Assembly (NCBI GenBank): GCA_024704765.1
Contig: JAKMXF010000301.1
Coordinates: forward strand, 217,807-281,806
Length of the DNA stretch: 64,000 nt
From: Oopsacas minuta
Lineage: Eukaryota; Animalia; Porifera
Direction of reading: 5' to 3'
The stretch's first letter is position 1; every line of letters starts with the position of its first letter. A model generated the notes under the pieces. It was not told where the DNA came from. It did not search any database and worked only from the letters and a program-made list of their open reading frames with translations. Below, piece after piece: positions 13,241 through 26,609 of the stretch. A program made the translations under genes and the position numbers.

Positions 13241-13385
13241 GTGTAACAGCCTAGATCAACCTCCCCGATCAGTTTAACCCCAAGGTATAAACTAGACTAG
13301 CCCATATTAAGCTCGGGGGTTATTTTGGGCTAGCCTAGATTATAGTCGGAGTTGAACTGAGTGGGGGTAATCTAGGCTGTTACAC
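13241..13385. repeat. 145-bp near-complete hairpin (palindromic MITE-like)
   Basis: GTGTAACAGCCTAGAT...ATCTAGGCTGTTACAC, with pairing continuing to a ~10-nt loop. Confidence 0.8.
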
Positions 13386-16300
13386 CGGCTTGTTCCAGCT
13401 CATAACCTAAATTGAGATATTTTATAGGTTAAATATGGTTACGTTACTATCTAAGTGAAAGGTCTATTGATTTGAAATTTTCTCGTTGAATATAGTAGGG
13501 AAAATACTATATATATTTGTGGAAACTTCACATCATGAGGGGAATGATCAGTACAAATCGCTAAAGTATCTACATAATTTGATAGACAAAGTAACTTAAG
13601 AATAATTATCAAATTTTCAAATACTTTATGAACACAAAAAAAGATCCGAAAATATACAACAGTTTTATATGTTTTCCTAGAAGAGGATACTAACGTTTTA
13701 ACACACTCTATACCCATCTATACATATGGAATACGTAGACATGTAGGGCATTAAGGAAAAATCAATAAATAGTTCATATAATGGTTATATAAGTTTTTGT
13801 AACCCATTCACCTTCAAATACCCCAGATATTGAGAAATACTATTGATTAAATGAAAATATTAAACCGAACAAGATTATTTTCATTAAAATCGAACAATGT
13901 TATTTTCATTGAAATACCCCACAGTGGCTCTAAATGGCTGTTCGTAGGCTTTAGGGTCATAGGTGCATTTAAAGTGGTAAAAATGTCTTATATATATATG
14001 GGTTATTGCATATAACTAGTTGATTGACAACAAAATAGAATTGGTATGGCTCCTAGTTTTTGAGTTATGATGACGTAATCACAATTTGCGAAACATATAA
14101 ACCAGGGTAAATCTATTTAGGTGGGAGTTAGGGGTATATAATTTAGTATTTACTTATGGGTTAATCACTATTCAAAGTGGATTGACCAGACCCAAGATTT
14201 ATACGGTTTCTAATTTCTTGTTATGATGATGTAAGCAAATTTATAAATGTAAATTACGGAAATATCTGTGTTATTTGAGGTATTTAGAAAGAGTTTTCAC
14301 ACTAAAATTATCTACAAAGGATAAAGAGTTTGGATTATCAATTTAACGTTCTTTTTGCTGTATTATTACTGCAACAGCAATTTTATCTAAGTAACGAATA
14401 TAATTGAAATGCTAAATTTGTCTGGTAACTTGGATGTTTTGCGTGTGTTCTTAATAACTAGCGGATATTTTTTAGTTAAATATAAAATAATCTATTGAAA
14501 CCTATTGCGATGCTTGTTTGGTCCTGTCATGGATCCTTTAGTCGCCTCGCCATTTCCGCAATACACATCAGATGGATCAGTGTTACTTAACGTTTACGCT
14601 ATCGGGGATATGCCGTTGGGCGTCGCGTTTAAATTATCTAGGCTCACCATGATTGGAATTGCGGAGCCTGAATGGTCTCGGCAGAGGTCCCCACAAGGTT
14701 AGATGTACATGCCTTTGAGAGCTTTCGAAAACTATTTGTATGGAAGCAAAAGGATGAAGGCAAGACGCTACTCAAATATTAACGAATTAAATAAGATGTC
14801 TTGATCGTTAGTCTGGTGAAACAAATTTGTGCTTTTCAGCCTGTAGGTGTGTTCGATTCACCACAATCCTTACACTTAAGAACATTGCGAAACCTATCAG
14901 AACTGGACAGATAGATACGTACGCTTACTAAAGCATGAAGTTAAGTAATTCAATTAGCTGAATATTCTCCGAATTGAGGAGAATTCGCCACCTGATAGAT
15001 CAAATATCTGGATGAAGAAATCGACTACAGTTTTGATTGATGGTTGAAAGAGAAGAAAATCAAGTGCTTCCTGGTTACTCATTTAGAATTCGAAATAATT
15101 TCTAGAAATTTAGTAAATAAAGTAGGATAATATGCATTGCGTAAATTCTGAAATTCTTAAAAATTTACGGGTCGCTCTATTTAAAATGCTTGGTGTTCGT
15201 TTTGGGGAGGTTGGGGGATTCTGGATTTACTTCTAAAATATAGTTAATATTATGACAAATCACTCTAAAACTTGATATTACCTGGCCACGACTGGCCAGA
15301 GTGGGTCTGAGGGGTAATTAGACCAAGGAATAATATGTCCGGACACATTATCTGACGTCAAAATTAACTGAACCATGGAGAAAATATCCAAAGTAAATAT
15401 TTAGCTCTTATCATAATTGAGAAGATAATATTCTGAACTAATAATAGGTTAAAACTTTAAGCTGTCATTCTCATGCGTATTTATCGATCAAGAATTATAT
15501 GCCTCTGGATATTTATATAATAGAGGTGGATAATGAATTCAATTATAGGATCCACTAAGCATGACATTTGATTACAAAGTAATAGGAATATTCTAAAGAA
15601 AATTATGATTCCCAGGTTTCAGACTATGCTGAATTTAATGGTAACCTTTTTGAAAGCTTGTAGGATGATGAAAAATTGCTCTAAAGCCTCTGGTGAAGCC
15701 ACTATGCACTTTAGGCTGAGGTGATACCACACATAAAGCACAAGGCATATAATTCCAAACTATACAAAGAGCTTACTAACAGTTCAGGAAAGATATCAGC
15801 ATAACAAAGTCAATCCTGTCACATGTTTTGAAAGATTCCAGTCAATTTGAAATGGTTTTGTATATTTTTGCTATTATTACAGGAGTCTTGATATATCGAA
15901 CTTATATAGCGAGAAGTTTTGGGATTATTGTTTGACTGGACACGAAAAGCATACTCTTGTGTGGATGCGATATCCTCACTCAATCCGATTGGCTATGTAA
16001 ATCATATACTATATGGAACTGTAAGTGTAACACATAAACTGAATGCTATTATCCATAGGATTCAGCATGCATACCTGGATATTTAAGTCATTTAGCAATA
16101 ATTCTTTGAGAATAACGCTTAGCAGCCAATTGGAAACAAATTATGATATGTATAATGTTTTGACAAAAATGTCCTTACAGAATTGATCCGGGACGATCAT
16201 TTCGTCAAAATTACAGGAGATGGTCCCCCTACGAAAATGATCCGCCTAATGCTTTTAACTATGTTTGTGCAATAAACTTATGTGATATCAATGTCATATG

Positions 16301-16819
16301 AATCATTTAATACTAATACGACACCATCGGTGATGTTTGATTGCACTGAATAATACGGAGCCTGCAATGGTTAAATTTTATGTAGTGGTGTGTTAGTATA
16401 CTGTTGCGGTTCAGTAGTATATAAGCTTTGTCAGTAGCTAGAGAAACACAGTAAAACATAACATACAATTCCTTTACACAGCAGTATAGACTCTATCAAG
16501 TACGAAACAATATTAAATTACCGAGATTCAAATCATGCCCTGTACATTCTACTAAGGAACAGAAGAGGATCATACGCAAGGAAAGCTGATAAGATATCAC
16601 CCAATGTGTGGTATTACGATTATAATGAATAGCAATATATGATTTCCTACTAAAATCATTTTCGTCCAAACACCTGGAGTTCACACATGATGCAATTTTA
16701 ATATTAGAGTATAAATGTTTCCAGATGAGAGAATTCTGGAGGACAAGATTTTAACAGAAAATATGACAACACACGAACTTCCTTAGGGAATTCATCTTGC
16801 ACATTTTCAAAAGACGGAC

Positions 16820-17365
16820 CATATTACCAACCACCAACACCTAAATGGTTAAGATCAAAGTGTAAACAATTAATTATAGCATTCAAGATCGCACTATGCC
16901 AACAAACAATTTATCTGGGCGAAGAATTAAGAACCGTCGTGCCTTTAGCTGAGTTACCATTGCAGGTGATGGTAATTGTTTATTTCGGCCATTGTCAGCC
17001 ATATTTACAGGAACCCAAGCTATTTATGCTAGGATTCGCCCTGAAATCAGTCGTTATATGGTGGCACAGGGTGCCGGTTATATATCGATATATCTAGAAA
17101 CCAAATTTATGTATAATTCACCGACTCTCAATATTTAAGAAATGCTCAGATGGACGCCGACATGACTTGGGGTTCAGACATAGAGTAATAGCTGTACTCG
17201 TTTGCTTGATGTAGATATTTTTGCCTCAAATATGCACATCTCTACCAAGGAAAGAGATCATCAATTGACTTAGATAGGTATCATTCTCGCCAGGATGGTT
17301 ACTCCACTCCAGCTATATATCTGGTCAACCGCTGTAATCACTATCAACCTGTCATCGATTTGATT
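16820..17365 (+). pseudogene. OTU-family cysteine protease (deubiquitinase) domain pseudogene; not in the ORF track
   Basis: IAGDGNCLFRPLS (16965-16988), MTWGSDIE and IYLVNRCNHYQPVID (His 17339-17341) occur in the correct order, broken by frameshifts and stops. Confidence 0.8.
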
Positions 17366-18199
17366 TATAGCCGCTACCCTTCATTCTATGATATAATTAG
17401 TTTTAATGAAGATATTATATTAGTTGAATAGAATTATTTCTATTCAACTAGTAAAATGATTTCGTTATCATAATTACAATTGTAGTAATAAATACCATGT
17501 TACAAGTTCGCTTCTTGTATACTGGTAATTAAATTCATGTTTATTAATGAATAATTAAGATACTTGTAAAACATGATGATACTTTGATTGGAAGGAAATG
17601 AGCAATAAATTACAAGATAAATTACTTGGTAGCCCTGTAATAGTAACTAAAAAGGTAACAAGTCATATCAAGGAAGGAATAGAAATGTCCATGGTTGGTT
17701 ATACAAGGTAGTTGCTCTGTCATACAACAGCACACCGATTCGGACGACATGTAATTATATAAAAATTGTAATTTTCGTTATACAATCATATAATTATTGT
17801 ATGTCTAGTTCATTAGTACATTTATCTAGTATCCATTAATGATAATAATGCAGTATAGAATTCAATATACGCATTGGTATTCAAGTTTATCAATAAATAG
17901 AGCTAATAGACATAAATCCCCCTAAATTTAGGACTCATTTATTCTTGAACGAAAAACCATAAAATAAATGAAAATATCACATATAACGTCATCTTTTGGT
18001 TTCCAGAAGTGCGACTAAAAATCTGTTTCCATTTTTGAAACCTACTGAGTCATTTTACTGTATATTTTCAAAATGAGGGAATATATTCATGCAAACAAAG
18101 TGTAGTGAAAAGTTTAATTTTATCGTAGTTTGTACATGCTACTAATCTTGCGATTAGAAACATGAATAGTCTTTTCATAGATATCTTGATTTATGGTAC

Positions 18200-19050
18200 G
18201 TTTATAGCTTATACGATTCATTAAATGAACAGAACATATATGGACCACACTTTACCCAAGTATCTTCGGGTTGAGATCTCTAGCAAGCATTAAGATAATC
18301 TTCTAGATCTAGACGGGTAAATTTTGACAAATGCTATGTAACCCGGATTAATGTCATTTTTACATCGCAGCACCATCTGCATAAAAAATACAAGATCTCA
18401 ACATTGTTTGTTCACTGGTTAACATCTCAGCTAGAGGAATTTGGGAATTTTCGCCAAAGGATGTTGTAATGTTAGAGCATTGTAAAAATATTCTTTTGAT
18501 CACCTTATGGATTTATGAAAAGAGATACCGTTACATCCAAATGCATCTCCAACTTAGACTACCGTATTAACTTAAAAAACTATTTGATTCTTAACAATAC
18601 ATGTGTATTACAAGAGGATATCCCCTCGATATCGTTTGAAAATAGCCGCAAATTGTTTCCATTATTAGTAGTGTAATAATTATTTTAGAGCATAACTATA
18701 TCTTTCCACATATCATCACTGAATCAACTCTATCCATGTATTGTGACTTTACCCTCTGTAGAACTGATTGTGAATGTAATTCATTCAAAATTCCATGTTT
18801 AATGATAACTAAATTTGAGAATTCTTGAGATACAGATATAATAAATGAATTCCGAATGAAGATTCAATATAACGAATTTCCTTACGAAAATAGGGCTAAA
18901 GTAAATGATGTCGTAGAATCCCATCCAGAAAGTCCTGAAGGCTAATGTTCCACAGGCAGTACATGTAATAAGGGTCTGAATACCAGAATCGGGAAATCTA
19001 TATGATTTCACATGTTTAGTTATAGAAATTTATTATTCTGAACCTCATTA
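18200..19050 (-). pseudogene. Highly degraded hAT transposase relic
   Basis: YADGAAM-like catalytic-region motif near 18370 and a CxxC fragment near 18960; many stops. Confidence 0.4.
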
Positions 19051-19688
19051 GATGTAATATGGAGTGCAAATTATCTCTTAAGGATCAATGATCTTAATAT
19101 GAATACTAATTTGAGGCGCATTTTACTAATAGGAGGCTGTTCTCATTAATGGTAATGTAAAATAAATTAGATAATGAAAACATTGTTTCAAGTGATTTTA
19201 ATAGTGCTTATATTATTTATAATGGCAAGTTTGAATGAAGAGAGCTGGTATCATCGACGTATACTACATTGGTGAATGCAATGATTGTCCATAATTTAGC
19301 AGTTCAGTTATGTTTAAATTTACACATGTGTGTATAAATAAGGTATCGAGTACAAGGACAGGGCATAATTTGACAGAGGGGAACTAGATACAGGATCTCA
19401 GGATTGGAAGAAAAGATATTTTCATTTCTGTTTATATTATTGATCAATGAAATAGGTGGTTCAGGGCCGCAATTAAGAGAGATCAGAGTGGGCAGAAGCC
19501 CATGGGCCCCAAAGATAATAGTAGTAGGCTCAATTAATCAAATTAGAATCATGTTTTCCTAGAATAAGAAATCATAAATCTGATCAAGAACTCGAAGAAT
19601 TATCCAATTTCCTTGGATTCTACCCCCTGATGAAGGCCATATTGACCAACTGACATTGGTATGTTGATAAGTAAAATTATACTCCTAT

Positions 19689-22521
19689 TACGGGTAACTG
19701 AAAAAACATTACGACAAAAAAATGAGGTCGTTGAGATTTTTATACGTACTTATACAGAAATTTTATGAAGAATCCAAATATACACTCCAAAAAGTTCCTA
19801 CCATTAAATTTTCCTTACAGATTATACAAAAATTTATGAAATCAAAAAGATTCTGGCTAAAATAATTTTGATATATCTCCATTTGTAATATACTATAGTG
19901 ATTCTTCGCTGATATATTTCTTTCTAGAATTCAATTTAATTACTAGTTACCTAATAGAATTGATGTTTTTAACGAATTCCTATCCAAAATGTCATTACCA
20001 TTGCAACAAAATGAAACTTGAGAATTTCTGCAATAGTTTTCAATCTAGCTAAGTAGTACTTGTATGATATTACATTTAGGATATATACGTGTAATTATTG
20101 ATGCTTAGCCATAACTTAACCAATTATTCTTATTCCTAATATAATGTAGGACATGACCTAGCTTACCATACTATGATTTATAAATGAAATTGACGAAGTT
20201 TACATCTGATACTGTGTTTAATAAGCACTCTGGAAATTTTTCATTTTCCTGTTGACATTCATATCTTACCTCCCAAACTCTACCAAATTTAGAATGGGCA
20301 GATACAAATGCTTGTTCTGAAACTGATCCCAAACCCATTCCATCTGGAAGATAATTCGTGATAAACGGAATTAGGTGCCTCCATAGAACATGAACTTTTG
20401 TAGAGCAAGAAATTCCTGATTGTTTAAATGATAGTTCAAAATGATGTAATGCCATTTTGAAATCTCTCTTTAGGTGTTTCCCGATGCAAGAATCAACAAC
20501 ATCCCTGAATTTTACAAGCGTGATATAAGACGAATTACTCTTTGGAAACCCGAGTTCCAATACCTCCTTTGTGATTATCCTCATTGCATACCTTCAAATG
20601 CTCCTCCATGGTAAGCACTTCTATGAATAATCAGTTTTTTTAGTATTGCTTCATGGTGTTCTTTTTCGTTCAGACATTGTGATGAGGATGGCATCGTATA
20701 ACTTCTGTCCTATCCCAAGTAACAGATGTAACTAGGTAAGATTAAACATTTGTATGAAATCTATCAGCCATACATTTAGTGCTTGGCGATCCTCAATACC
20801 ATCGCAGTCAATTTCATGATTCTTAGAATCTCCCTGATACATATTTTGAAGCATTTTAAAGATCTCTAGATGGTGACCAGATGATCGTTCTTCCCACTGA
20901 ACACTGTCTAAACCCCTTCTATTGTCCCAAGTACACATATGCAATGGTGACGTCCGTTCATTATTCCCAAGCAATAACTAGCAACTTTCAAATCTACCGT
21001 AAATGAAACGTTGTATTCTTCCATCGGCCGTTTTATCTGGTCATGTTGAAGCATAACGGAGAAGTTATAATTACACTCAGGGACACTCGTAACCCATAGA
21101 TAAACCAGCTTATCGACAGAATTATCATTCTGTAGACACACAAGTAGTTTAATGAAACCTCGACCAAAGTCTAATCCAAGCTTGAAATGAAGATCATGTA
21201 CCGATATTTCTCCGCTGATATTAAAGATCTTTTCTATCAGGGCATCGATATTGCAACATCTCACTATCCATGAGTTCCTATCTTCTGGCTTGTATTTCTC
21301 TTTACTATAGTCCAGCTCAATCTGGATGCATTCAAATATTTCGTCGCACAACAAATGTCATTCTCTATAGTAGCTATCCATTGATGGACATGGTACTCCA
21401 ACATCTCTAATAATTCGAGTTACTACCTTTAACTGTATTAGACAATGACATTCCTGAACACTTCAAATTCGCGATGTGAGAGAAATCCATTTTTGTTAAT
21501 TTGGCTGGGCGTTCGTCAGTACTGGAAGAGGAGACAGAAAGATGAAACGGATTCCGACCTGAGTCTTAGGCAACTGAATTGAAGATTTGTTGTGGCACAT
21601 TCATGTAATCTTTGGTATACATTATCACCAACGAATGTATCAATAACGTTATGGTGTTCCAACATATTATGTGCGTTGGTAATCAATGTCTTTTCAAACC
21701 GATATGACTAACTCCAGGACTAACACGACTCGCACATTTGTTGCATATCTTGATCATCTTTTGAGGTGAATTGATTGTTGGTCCTCCTGGCTGTATATGG
21801 ATTATCGAAGGTAAAGCTTGATTCTTGCGATCAAACCTTGAACTCCCGGCACACATTGAATATAAGTTCCCAATGCGGCAGGTGTTTAAGCGCGTGTTAC
21901 GAATTATAGGCCAATCATATCGTGCAGGTGTTTTCCTCGTGGAATCCCCTGAAGACAGAATAAACAAGTAGAGCTTACAAGTATTACACACGATATAAGG
22001 GCGATTATCTTATAAAGTATTGATTGGTTCTAAATATTGGTTGTATAATTCACCTAACTTAGTGTCCTTTAGGTGATTATTCTTCAAAACAATTTGCCAA
22101 CCAGCGACAAATTCTAGTTTTTGGATGTTTATGTTTCGTTTCTTCACTCATTTGCTTTAACTAAATTAATCAATAATTACACGTATATATCCTACATATA
22201 ATAACATATAAGTACTGCTTAGCTAGGTTGAAAAGTATTGCGTAAATTCCTACGTTTCATTTTGTTGCCATGTTATGACGTTTTGGATAGGAATTTGTCA
22301 AAAACATCAATTCTATTAGGTAACTAGTAATTAAATTGAATTCTAGAAAGAAAGATATCAGCGAAGAACCACAATAACATAATAACATTATTTTAGCCAG
22401 AATTTCTTTGATTTCATAAATTTTTGGAGTGTATATTCGGAATCCACATAAATTCTGTATAATAGAGTGAAGAAATCTCAACGACCTCATTTTTTGTCAT
22501 AATGTTTTTCAGTTGCCCGCG
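19689..22521 (-). mobile_element. Chapaev-like (Transib/RAG1-related DDE) transposon with ~270-330 bp TIRs, defective
   Basis: Termini TACGGGTAACT / (rc) CGCGGGCAACT, each one mismatch from CACGGG. 4-bp TSD CTAT (19685-19688, 22522-22525). Motifs CNKCASRVSPGVSH, KLGLDFGRGFIK, VDLKVASYCLG, TKVHVLWRH, SEQAFVSAH. Confidence 0.75.
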
Positions 22522-23352
22522 CTATGTAAAGAATTCTCGAATCTATGCCTAATCCACAGAATAAATTTGAAGATATGTAAAATGGATTGAATGGGTGCTT
22601 GCAATAACATGATCTGGATATTAAAGATTGTAGAAGACAGTTCTATAACAAGTCAGTCTCGATGAGTGGTGAATACAATGGACTTCAGGCTAAAGTTATC
22701 GCTAACCACAATTTGGCTGGTTGGGTACCATGTACTTCACATTCGTTGAATCTTATTGCAACATCTGCTGTAAATTGTTTCCTGAATAAATAGACACATT
22801 CGTTATGATTTCACACAACAGGATGAACTATTAACTGCATCTTTAAGATCATCAAATTCGGCATAGATTCCAAAGAGAGTGGCATCAACACGATGACCGT
22901 ATAGTGCTGAGGCGGCCAAGCCCAGGTATTTCCCTATGAAGGGATGAAAGACACTGAGCAAAAAATAGGAAATTTATGATGAAAAGACAGGTAGTCGAAA
23001 CAAGGCAGAGGGGTTGTATAAGCGAATGTGTATGCTTGAAACTGGGATAGATGCAGCAATCTGGAATGAAATCTTAGAAAGGGTAACGCATCTAACAAGA
23101 TACTTCAAAGTCCTAAACCGGATGTGCATACAGCAATAGCAACATTAACATATTTGAATAGATACATTGAATCAAACTGAGAGGATTTTGGCTAACATGA
23201 GCGTTTTGGGTAAGTTCAATGTTTCCTTTTCAAAGAGACTTGATGCATATGATCATATTTGTCCAGATTTTGGAATTGTTTCGAAATTGAGATTTGAATG
23301 ACAGAGAAATTTCAGATGCTGCATGCCATTTGGTTACCACTTATGGAGTGGA

Positions 23353-23418
23353 TTTGGATGATACTTGTCAGATGAATTATTGCTATTTGGATGATACTTG
23401 TCAGATGAATTATTGCTA
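23353..23418. repeat. Perfect 33-bp tandem duplication inside the hAT relic
   Basis: TTTGGATGATACTTGTCAGATGAATTATTGCTA x2. Confidence 0.9.
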
Positions 23419-24358
23419 TTCGAACAGTTTGTTAAAGAATTTGAATATGATAACACCTATATAAATATATTCCACCTCCTGTACAAAATTATAATTGAAA
23501 AGTGTGTACACTGTGCTTTACGCAGTTAACTTACACTTGTGATCACCACTGCTCAAGTGAAAGATCGTTTGCTGACTCAGAACATCTATGTGTCAGGAAA
23601 GATTGTATTCATTAACTCTACTGAGTATTGAGTAATGATATCCTGCGAGAAATTAATATGGATCAAATCATTGGCAAATTTGCTCAAGCGAAATCGAGGA
23701 AAACAACAAACCTTCAAAGTTAAAGAATCAACAATAAGAACAATTATGTGTCTATCAGATAACAATATTCAAAAAACTTCCTATTCCTAAAAATAGTAGA
23801 TATTGATACCTCTAAATACTAGTCATAACATTAGCCCACTGCTAACAAGAAACGTGCTTCAGATCCACATGAGAGTGATTGAGAATGCATGCTGGCGGCT
23901 GTTCATTACCATTATCTCATTATCTTTGACATATCTGCAAGTAAATTGGTTCATTCGTAAAATATAATAATTTCTAGAGTAAAATTCGATTGTATAATAT
24001 GCTTGGCGAGGAAAACAACATCTACATCGTAATATTTTCTACTATATATACTCTGTGTATGAATTATTGAGCAAATTGTGGTATAAGAACAATAATGACA
24101 ATATTGGTGCAGTAGGCAAATCAGATGCGGGTGGTGGAGCTGGATGAAGTTTCAAACTAACAGTGGCCTTAGGTAAACATTTGAGTATATAAGTATTCAA
24201 GTTTATGTGGTTAAAATTAATAAGGGTCCCCACTACCCTAAATCCGGCCCTGAAGTGAGTATTATCCAGCATGAATAACGTACATTAGGTGTCAATAATT
24301 TAATTACACTATCGAAAAGTGGTTAAGCTTTCAAGCTTTGAAGTGGCTGTTACAAGTA

Positions 24359-25670
24359 CAGGGTGGCTCCAAAGTTCTGATACAAAATCATGATTAATAT
24401 ACACCATTATCAGGAAATATTCTCAATGGTTTGCTCTTCCATGGCATACCTTATACGCTTCCTAACAAATATTATTTCAATTTGGTGTATTCTATTTCGA
24501 AAAAAAATTGTGATTGACCATGGAATCTGAGAGGTCAGCAATTATTGAGTTGCATATGGCGGGGAAAAGTCCATCAGAAATTTTGAAACTGCTGAATATT
24601 GCAAAAGGACGTAGGGCATTTATCTACAGGACGATAAATCGATATAAGGAAACTGGGGACACTGTAGACAAGCCGAGATCTGGTCGTCCATGCTCTGTAA
24701 CGACTTCAGCTCTCAAGAAAGTGGTGCGAGAACGGATTCGGCGGAACCCACACCGTTCGATGAGGAAAATGGCCTTGGAGCTCAATATATCTCGCCGAGC
24801 AATACAAAAGGTTGTCAAAAGGGACCTAGGAATGCGCTCTTTTAAACGCAAAAAGGTGCAATTCCTATCTGGGTCGGTGAAAGAAAAGAGAGTGTCCCGG
24901 AACAAGAGCCTACTTGCTCTTCACGCTATTGGAGTTCTCGAAAATACCATTTTCTCAGATGAGAAAATTTTCACCATTGAAGAGGCTACAAATAGCCAAA
25001 ACGACAGAGTCATCTCGACCTCAGTTTCAGCGATCCCTGATAAGTTCAGATATATCAGTTGGATGAAAAAACCACTGTCGGTGATGGTTTGGGCTGGGGT
25101 CTCTGCTGTTGGTCGGACACCACTGATTTTCATCCCCCCAGGAGTGAAAATCAATGCCAAAACATACCAAGAGCTTGTATTAGAGCCTGTGGTAAAAGGT
25201 CTGAGCCAGACCATGTTTTCTGGACAGCAATTTGTCTTCCAACAAGATGGTGCTCCCGCCCATACGGCCAATACGACCCAAGATTGGCTGAAGCACAATA
25301 TTCCCAATTTTATACATAAGGATGAATGGCTACAATACAGTCCCGATTTAAATCCCATGGACTATTCTGTATGGTCTATCTTGGAAAACAAGGCTTGTTC
25401 TGTGTCACACAACACAGTAAGCTCTCTAAAGATTTCCTTGTGTCGAGAATGGGAGAAGATACCCCAAGAAACTCTGCGTGCCGCAGTAGAAGGATTCCCG
25501 AACAGACTCAGGGCTGTCATTTCCAAAAAGGGTGGTTATATTGAATAAATGACTAGGCAATCTTTTCCTAATAGTATGTATTAATTATATATAGAGAATC
25601 AATAATGTAGGTCATGCTGAATAAATATTATAGACAAAATGGTTTGTATCAGAACTTTGGAGCCACCCTG
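24359..25670 (+). mobile_element. maT/mori (DD37D) Tc1/mariner element, full length, 1,312 bp
   Basis: Perfect 28-bp TIRs CAGGGTGGCTCCAAAGTTCTGATACAAA and TA TSD. Confidence 0.97.
24514..25548 (+). CDS. DD37D transposase, uninterrupted 344-aa ORF
   Basis: HTH N-terminus with GRPCS. Triad FSDEK / QQDGAPAH / SPDLNPMD with 37 residues between the second and third D (counted). Confidence 0.92.
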   Translation: MTMESERSAIIELHMAGKSPSEILKLLNIAKGRRAFIYRTINRYKETGDTVDKPRSGRPCSVTTSALKKVVRERIRRNPHRSMRKMALELNISRRAIQKVVKRDLGMRSFKRKKVQFLSGSVKEKRVSRNKSLLALHAIGVLENTIFSDEKIFTIEEATNSQNDRVISTSVSAIPDKFRYISWMKKPLSVMVWAGVSAVGRTPLIFIPPGVKINAKTYQELVLEPVVKGLSQTMFSGQQFVFQQDGAPAHTANTTQDWLKHNIPNFIHKDEWLQYSPDLNPMDYSVWSILENKACSVSHNTVSSLKISLCREWEKIPQETLRAAVEGFPNRLRAVISKKGGYIE

Positions 25671-26609
25671 TAGTATGCGTAAATATGTATGTACATTCAG
25701 GTATTTAGACAATAGTATTACAGTTCACAGGACCGTGCCATCGATGAGAATATACGTTGATCCATATCGCTTGTTTGTTCTATTAAATAAATGTACGGTT
25801 TGGAAATAAATATCAGATCATTATTCAAATTTTTGTGGATTAATTTTAAAATGATATTTTACTCAGCGATAGAGAATAGTCACAACTCATTGGGGCCCAT
25901 GATATTTACTCTAATTAGGTTTGACCTGGTCAGGTAAAATAGGTTCCCATATTTATACGGGTATAAGATACTTCTATTAGATTAATTAATTAACACTACA
26001 CAATTTGATCGAATTTATTGATCATTGTTAAATTATTAACGAATTTGAAAAATAGTTATGTAAACTTTGAATTGCGACAAAAAGGTACAATACTTGAAGA
26101 AACTCTCTTTTATAGACATAGCAACTTGCTTAAGGCTCTCTCTTTCTTTCAATATATTTATTTTCAAAAGAGACTTGTATCGCTAAACAATTATATCGAA
26201 GGAAATAATTAGCTAAAGGACAAATTATCACTACTATCATTATAGTAACTATATTTGTGACTTGTTTTATAGAATTATATATTAATGAATTAACTATACA
26301 AAGAAGTCCAAAAAATTGCTATTCGGTGAAACAAGATACAATTAGAACTGTAACAAGTACGATCAGCTAATTTCCTATACTTACTAATGATCTAAGCGAG
26401 TGAAGTATTGCGTACAAGTACAACCTGTGCAATAATTATCATAATACTAAGACACAAAAAAATAGTGAAGCAACGAAGGAAAATTGAGAATACTATTAAA
26501 AAAATTAAAACATCATAAAAAAGTACCAGCGACACTAATTCAGTCGGATTAGGGTAAGAACATGATTTTGAACTGACACTACCTTATGTAGAATATGATT
26601 CATCACTTA

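Larger units (their letters stand above)
19462..24252 (+). mobile_element. Degenerate hAT element (ZMYM1-like) hosting a nested Chapaev-like insertion
   Basis: Ends CAGGGCCG...CGGCCCTG with a degenerate 8-bp flank (aggtggtt / aagtgagt). Motifs SLDST-DEGHIDQLTLV (~19610), SMSGEYNGLQ...WVPCTSHSLNL (~22660-22760) and hATC relic (~23540-23700). Confidence 0.75.

Noticed and set aside
14500-16100. Possible Academ- or ISL2EU-like transposase relics (LHLRTLR-NYQ-like and WNCKC fragments)
   Set aside because: Motifs too degraded to support a call by eye.
22515-22528. Reverse complement CATAGCG beside the Chapaev-like TIR resembles the RSS heptamer CACAGTG
   Set aside because: It is the CTAT target-site duplication plus the terminal bases, and the left end has no matching heptamer.
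24624-25544. Alternative-frame and antisense ORFs inside the maT, pogo, Tc1 and P elements
   Set aside because: By-products of transposase coding sequence.
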